Assembly: GCF_006345805.1 (NCBI RefSeq)
Contig: NC_042997.1
Coordinates: 75,330,001-75,394,000 of the forward strand
Reading direction: 5' to 3'
From: Octopus sinensis
Taxonomy: Eukaryota
Length of the DNA: 64,000 bases
Positions 57,203-64,000 of the stretch are shown here, piece after piece. The notes below the pieces were generated by a model. That model was given only the letters and a program-made list of their open reading frames with translations. It had not been told where the DNA came from and did not search any database. Position 1 is the stretch's first letter, and the number at the start of each line of letters is the position of its first letter. A program made the translations under genes and the position numbers.

Positions 57203-60200
57203 GTTGAGAGAGTTGGTATGTGAAAGCACGTGGTTGGATGTATAAAAGACAAAAAAGATGAAAAAACTAAAGAAGGCTTGTGTTATATGGTTAAAGAATA
57301 TATTTAAATCATTATGTTAGAAAAATATAAAATTTTGCATGGTTTTTGGAGAAATAAGTGGTTTTGTATTTTCTTTTCAAATTTCTCTAATTTCTTTACC
57401 TATATTGTATCATGTCTTCGCTATGTTGTGAAATATGGAGTTCCAGACAGGAGAGGTAATCAGGGATTTTTTTCCAGTATAAGGGACATAATCAAAAATA
57501 TTGGGAATGACTAGACTTGATTAATTTAACATGAGTTGGTTTAGAAGGAATAGAATGTTACAAGTGGTTAGGTTTTGCTTTATATTTTTTTCAATGAGGT
57601 GAGTTTCCTTATTTAAAAATGTTAGAAATTATATTTTTCAATAAGGTTTCCTTATTTAATCTTACTTGTGTTGGTGTTCCAATGGCACATTGATAAAATG
57701 GAAAGATTACAATTTGTGGTAGCAGTTGCTTTGCACATTTCTCAGTATATTCACTAAAGGGTATCATTCTGCATTCTAGGAATGCAATCTGCTGTCAATA
57801 CAGAGTGCATCTGCGTCTGAGCGATAATCCCGTGGACCCTATGTAGTTTTGGTGGCAGCCCGAGCATCTTATAACATAAATCAGGTTTTCTAAAGCACAA
57901 GTAAAGTCAGATTTGATTTCGAATTTTTGTCCCTCTTTGAAATGGAATTCTGATCCTTCTAGATGGTTTGGACATGTTACACAATTTGGTCTACCACATT
58001 TTTTAACTTTTGCATCCGTTATTTTAGAAAATAAATTTGCCTTGGTGAGGATCTTTTTTAGTGATTTCGGTTGTTCGTAGCTTTTAATGATTTTATGTAT
58101 GTGTAAACTTTCCTTTAATTTGGGATCCTTATGTAGCATTGGTAAGTTTTGGGTGATGATGGTGAAGGCTTCTTTGTTTCTGGGGTTGTATGTAGATATG
58201 TACGGCAGTATTTTTGGGGAAGGTGTGTTGCTGTGTTGAACTTTTCTTAAGGTTTCTATGTCAATTTGTGTTGCACGTCTGATTCGATCCTCTATAAGTT
58301 GAACTGGGTAGTGTCTGTCAATTAGGGTGCTTTTGAGTTCTTGCAGTCTAAAGTCTTTGGTATTTTGTTCTGATACTATTGTGCATATCCTTCTTGCAAG
58401 GTTGAAGGGGATGTTTGTTTTGGTGTCTTGGGTGGCATGATATTAGTAGATATTGTTTGGCGTCTGTGGTTTTGTAAAATATGTCCGTTTCTATTCTTAG
58501 GTTTATTTTTTTAATCAGTGTATCTAAGAATGGAAGCTCCCTTTGGTTGTACTCTATTGTGAACTGTATGTTTGGGTTGATGCTGTTCAATAGTCTTTTG
58601 AATTCCAGGAGTTTATCTGTATTTTCATTCCAGAGTATGAAACAGTTGTCTAGGAATCTTTTCCAATTTTCTTTTATGTATTGGGAAAGGGGGTTTCCAA
58701 AGGTAGGTAAAGATTCCCGGTATACTATTACCTCCAGGTAGCCCATTGTTAGGTTCACAATGACTGGTGCTGCCCTAGTACCCATAGCAATTCCAGATTT
58801 TTGTCGGTAAAACATATTGTCAAACATGAAGTGGTTATTTTGTAGGATGAATTCAACCGATTTAGTTATGAATTCTTTACTGATCCTTTTTGGTATTTCT
58901 TCCGGAAATTGGTCCAGCCAGAACTGAATTGCCTCTAGCCCGTAATTATGAGGTATACTGGTATATAAATTAACTACATCAAATGAAACCATGATTGTTT
59001 CTTCCTTGGTTTTTTTTGGAAGCTGATTTAACATATCCAAGTCATCTCTGATATGGCTATTGATGTGTTTAAGGAAGGGTTTCAGGAGGATGTCCATAAA
59101 TAGACTTAGTCTGTGTTTCACAGGCTGGGCCAGTTACAATGGGTTGTAGTTTTAGGTCCCCCGGGCTTGGTGTATGTATGTACGTCTTTGGTGATTTTTT
59201 AATGGTTTCATTTATAATCTGGCTTTTGTGTATTTTTGGTAGACCATAGAAAAGGCTAGGTTTGCATTTAAAGTTTGTTAGAAAGTCAATCTCTTTGGTT
59301 GTCAGTTCATTTCCATGGGTTTTAATTAGTGAGGACAGAGTTTTCATTATTTTTTGCAGGGAGTAGTTCGTGATTTTTTCATAATGTTGACTGTCATCAA
59401 CCATGGAGATTACTAGATTTCTATAGTATAATGTGTCCATTATTACAACTGTACTTCCTTTATCTGCTTCCTTAATCGTTATCTCTTCATTTTGAAGTTC
59501 TGTTAGTTCCTTCCATTGTGCAGTGCTAAAGTTTGATTTAACTGTCTGTTTATGCATAGAGTGGTAGGGAAAGTTCTCAATGTGGTTGCAGAATTCATCA
59601 AGATTTTTATTTCTTCCTTTGTGGGGGATGTGTTCACTTTTGTTTTTGACTAGTGAGTCATCTTCAGTATTGTAATTGGTTAATGCTTCTGTGAGTCTTA
59701 ATTTTCTACAGAATTCTATTATACTGTCCTTCACTTCATTTTGATTGACTCTGCATGGAGTTGGGGTGAATTTTAGCCCTTTTGAGAGGATGTCTATTTT
59801 TATGTTTGAAAGAGGTTTAGTTGAGAGGTTAATTATCTTCAGTTTTTCCTGATCACCAGGTTCCAAACTGTGTCCTTGTGTCTCTGGTCTGGGGCTAAAA
59901 AATGTAGGTTGTAATTTTGTTTGCATGAGTTGTCTTTGGGGGATGTATGGGACTGGTCCAGGGGAATGATGGTATTGTTGCCTCCGTTTGCTATGTGTGT
60001 GTGGGTGACTATGGGTGTTTTAGTTTGTGATGTGTATAACATTTCTATATGTGATATATTTTTGTTTTGAATTTCTTGTATGCGTGATGTTTCTTGACCT
60101 CGTGTTATTTTGTGCTGTTCTTGTATTCAGTGGGGACCAGTAATTTTGGGTCATGGGGTAGTAGTGACTGGTATGTGGTGTGCTTCTTATCCTAGTGTTG

Positions 60201-61635
60201 TTTTGTGTTGTTATGGGGTGGTTATGCCTGGTATTGGGACGTTGTTGGTGTGTTTTGTTCTTGGTGATTGGGTGATGTGTATATTTGGTATAATCTATTT
60301 CATAAATGCGTTGTCTGTCAGCTTGTTCCCTGTTTAGTCTTGCGTGATTCAAAAATGGTGGTTGTAGATGATTTCTATTTATGGTGTATGGAGGATAATG
60401 AGGAGGGTTGTTGATTAAGTTGGTTGAAATTGGGGGTGGTTTGTGCGTTGTTCAGTTTTTGTTTGTTATTTATAATTTTTTCTTTAGAAAAGGATTATCT
60501 GCACTGAATTCTTTTTTAAAAGTTGATTCATATCTTTGGAAGAAATCATTGCTTTTTTCCCATCGTAGGAGAGAATTTCTTTCTTTCCAAAGATTTATGG
60601 TGTTTTCGAGGGGTTGTCCCTTAGTTTGTTTGTTTATTTCCCTGTGCATCTCCTCATCGATGTTTTTATATTTTACTTCATTAGTGGAGGCCCTAAGTCT
60701 TAGTAGTTCGATCTCTGATTTTAGATGGAATAGTGCTAACCTTTCCCTAATAGTCTTCTGTCTGTCAGGTTCATTTGGTATCGTTTTGATCTGGAATTTG
60801 CGTGGGAAAATAGTTGGTGTTAAGTTCATCCATCCCTCGTAGATATCTGCTTTGTTGGAATTTTTTTATCATATTCCAGAAAGCGAGTTTTCTATTATGG
60901 AGGTTTGTATTCCAAATGTTCTCTATTTTTCTTTTTGTTAGATTGACTTGTATGACGTCCTGGTGTATTTAATTTGGTGTGCATTGATTGTTGTTCGATT
61001 TGTTTGTGAATACCGACTTTAGTGTAGTGCATAGAGTGTTTAAATCTTTATTAATTTGTTCTTGTTTTAAAATGAATTCGTTGAAAGTGTCATGAAGAGG
61101 AGGTTGTTGTTCATTGTTAGGTTTGTTAATGGACATTGAGTTGAGGGTTGTGCATAAAAGCTGTATGTCATTACTAACCTGGTCAGTGTAGAGAGTTGTA
61201 TCTTCTCTGTTTTTTTCCTTTCCCGGGCGAGTAGATTTGAGTCCTCAATTTTGTTATATAAGGTAATGAGATGTGAGTTAATATTTTTGAGTTCTTTAAG
61301 TATATCCTCGTTTGTAATTTTATCCGAAGTATTAGTCTTCTGTGGAATTTTCAGTCTCATGTGTTTTATATATAGGTGGTATGTGAAAGTACTTGGATGT
61401 ATAAAAGAGAGCGAAAAAACTACAGAAGGCTTGTGTTCTATGGTTAAAGAATATATCTAAATCATTATGTTAGAAAAATGTTATAAAATTTTGAGTATAG
61501 TAACATAGATTTTGGAGAAATAAGCTGTTCATATCTTCTTTTCAAATTTCTCAAATTTCTTTACCTATATCATGTCTTCACTATGTTGTGAAATATGGAG
61601 TGCCAGGCAGGGGAAGGTAATAGGGTTTTTTTCCA
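57203..61635 (-). mobile_element. Near full-length Penelope-like element (Naiad-like), RT plus C-terminal GIY-YIG, with direct pseudo-LTRs
   Basis: IINLS, LSKGLKFTPT, IKEADKGSTVV, FYGLPKIHK, QPIVTGP, SFDVVNLYTSIP, GIAMGT, WKRFLDNCF, LPFLD, CGRPNCVTC, NLIYVIRCSGC.QNYIGST; direct repeats 57214-57476 and 61377-61635; (TA)n at both ends; several frameshifts. Clade assignment from recalled motifs. Confidence 0.88.
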
Positions 61636-61889
61636 TATATATATAAAGATTCACAACTATAGATTAATATAGGCATACCCATACATATATACATTCTTAT
61701 GGACATATACATATGCACATATATGTACATGTATATTATTTTTCTTATCTCCATTGATTCATTATAACAATCCCGAGAGGGTTTAGCTATTTTGTGACTG
61801 AGTAAACTGGTGTCGCTTATATGGAGAAATGGTATTTAAAAAATTTACAAATGTGTCTGTGATATCTCTAAAGTGGATGTGTGTATATT

Positions 61890-61905
61890 GGGGGGGGGGG
61901 GGGGG
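61890..61905 (+). repeat. G16 homopolymer
   Basis: Direct inspection. Confidence 0.9.
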
Positions 61906-62559
61906 CTAGAGTGCCAGAAAGAGGCCTCCCAGTATAGAGGGCCCACTCCCGCCATTGCATGAGGGTTCCTCATATGAAGGATGCCCACAGCAACTGCTCC
62001 TTTTGCTCCTCTACATTTTTATGTATGCAACCATGAATTCTTTTCTATGCTTTAACCAGGCAAAATGGACCTAGCAGGTTTAGATGCCTTTCTCAGTGAC
62101 TTACTGGTTGAAGTTTATAAACATGTAATCAGTTGCTCTCTGCTTCACCTCATAGCTGTCAGTTATATATGTGCATGTGTATATTTGTCTTTCTCTCTTT
62201 TTCAAGAAACTATATGTACCAACAGTTCAGCACAAACATTCAAATTCCCTGTATAATCAAGATTATATGAAATTCATCTGACTGTCCTCTATGTTTATAT
62301 ATGTAGAAGTTAGTTTTCCCTCAATCTGCAACTGAAACTTGTTTCAGTTTTGTTGATATTTCTTTAAGTTTTACAAACTTTGATATTGCAAGGCGTTTCA
62401 ATATATATTAGCTGTTTCCTTTGTCCTGACTGTAAAAACGAGCTAATTTTTTTATAAGCTACAAGGATCTTTATGTGCAATTTTTTATATCCTGGTGTTG
62501 GATATATAATTTAATGACACAGGAGGAAAAAAGTTTTCACACAGTGCAATATGATTACT

Positions 62560-63300
62560 GTTAAACGTTAAGAACTCTCCACCAACAGCAGTCCTTCAGT
62601 GTCACAGTCCATTGTTGGCCAATATACACAACTTCTCATTAATGATTTCGTTCTTGAAATCCTTTGGTGACCAATGTGAAATTCCTTTAGTAATCGCTTC
62701 TGTAATGTGGCTGGCACTATGACTCTTTGTGCGTACATCAACACATCACACATTGAGAATGGTTTCACATTTGTCACATATATTTTTATCTCTTTTAGCC
62801 TTCAGCAGTTCTTTCATTTTTTTTTAATGAATTAATCGTTTCCCGATTTTAATTTCATGTCTTGTAATGTGACTGGCAGTTCATGTATGACATTATACAA
62901 AGCATTTTGAATTTCATATTCCGCTCACAATGCAGCAATCACAGTATCTTCAAATGGTTCAGCATTTTTTGAAATCAATCTTGATAAATGACCAGTGTGT
63001 CCTAATTTCTTAGATGGTATATACTCCATCTTAAAATCATAGTTAAATACTATAGTACCCAAGCATTGCAACCTATTAGCAGTATTGGTAGGGATTCCTT
63101 TTTTCGACCCATACAGGGATAATAACAGACGATGATCAGTCTGCAGTTGAAAACTTCTACTATGTAAAAATTTATGAAACTTTTTTATGACAAAAATAAT
63201 CGCTAGAGCCTTCATGTTACCACGTTTATGTAGCATTACTGCTCCTATACCATACTCACATCTGAATCTCCACTGTTGGATCAAAGTGTGCTAATGACAA
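62560..63300 (-). mobile_element. Ty3/Gypsy RNase H and integrase zinc-binding fragment
   Basis: EYGIGAV, ALAIIF..KKFHKFL, LQTDH..L, TANRLQ, RVIVP..LQKRLLKEFH.GH..ISRTKSLMR..VYWP. Confidence 0.85.
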
Positions 63301-63310
63301 ATCAGATACT

Positions 63311-63548
63311 CTCTTTTACTCTTTTACTTGTTTCAGTCATTTGACTGTGGCCATGCTGGAGCACCGCCTTTACTCGAGCAAATCAACCCCAGGACTTATT
63401 CTTTGTAAGCCCAGTACTTATTCTATCGGTCTCTTTTGCCGAACTGCTAAGTTACAGGGACATGAACACACCAGCATCGGTTGTCAAGCGATGTTGGGAG
63501 GACAAACACAGACACACAAACACACACACAAACACACACACACACATA
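63311..63548 (-). mobile_element. SINE 3' half (same family as 19497-20140)
   Basis: Minus-strand tail GGCGGTGCTCCAGCATGGCCACAGTCAAATGACTGAAACAAGTAAAAGAG; (CA)n centre. Confidence 0.8.
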
Positions 63549-63554
63549 AATTTC

Positions 63555-64000
63555 AAGCAAATTTATTTTAATATGGAGTAGGACCACCTTTGGCAGTAAT
63601 TACAGCTTGAATTCTATGAGGTATGGACTCTTACAAAGTTTGAATTGTTTCCAAAGGAATTTTTGTCCATTCTTCAGTTAAAACAGTCTCCAGTTCTTGT
63701 AGTGATGATGGTGGGGGATATCAGCTCCTTACTTGTTTTTCTAAAATGCACCATAAATGTTCAATAATATTGAGATCTTGGGACTGTGGTAGCCAAATAA
63801 GATGTTCAACTTCATTAGAATGTTCCTTGTGCCATTCAGTAACAACTTTAGCTGTGTGAATTGGTGCATTATCATCCTGAAATGTTGTGTTTCTCCTCCA
63901 GAAACAGTTCTGCAAGCATAGGATGAATTTGATCAGATAAAATGCTTAAATAGTCTTGACTATTAATTCTGCCATGAAGGGAAACCATTGGGCTGGCTGA
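63555..64000 (-). mobile_element. Tc1-like transposase 3' part
   Basis: FQDDNAPIHTAK..W..WLPQSQDLNIIEHLW..LE (DD34E-type). Confidence 0.85.

Noticed and set aside
57780-57810. In-frame TGA in the PLE endonuclease as selenocysteine (some Naiad PLEs encode selenoproteins)
   Set aside because: It falls at the conserved H-R-Q-Q-I arginine (CGA>TGA decay), not a cysteine position. Conserved Cys codons are normal and I saw no SECIS-like hairpin downstream.
62060-62077. Frame-preserving 18-nt microexon, or ORF MDLAGLDAFL.., after a good acceptor (ttctatgctttaacCAG)
   Set aside because: Weak donor (GTTTAG) and no similarity to the expected next CARMIL exon; needs RNA evidence.

Overview
AT-rich metazoan genomic DNA; the repeat families and long (TA)n arrays suggest a cephalopod such as Octopus (inference). 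It holds five in-phase + strand exons of a CARMIL/LRRC16 gene (end of PH domain, N-cap, first LRRs; 536 nt spliced) with introns up to >20 kb. The introns are filled with transposons: CR1, RTE and R4/Dong LINEs, Penelope-like elements (PLEs), Ty3/Gypsy fragments, mariner/Tc1, piggyBac and hAT derivatives, tRNA/CORE SINEs, multi-kb (TA)n/(TATG)n arrays and a 100-N scaffold gap. Best candidate for an undescribed system: a ~560-bp TSD-flanked palindromic element whose two divergent arms each run tRNA-derived Pol III head, trinucleotide spacer, PLE-type minimal hammerhead ribozyme (11605-12165). Other highlights: more hammerhead motifs sense to the host pre-mRNA, a duplicated piggyBac deletion derivative keeping an acidic FxGF-motif ORF, a LINE/SINE pair sharing a covarying 3' stem-loop, a PHD finger inside an RTE ORF2, and near-perfect fold-back hairpins. 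All family assignments come from motif recognition, not database searches.
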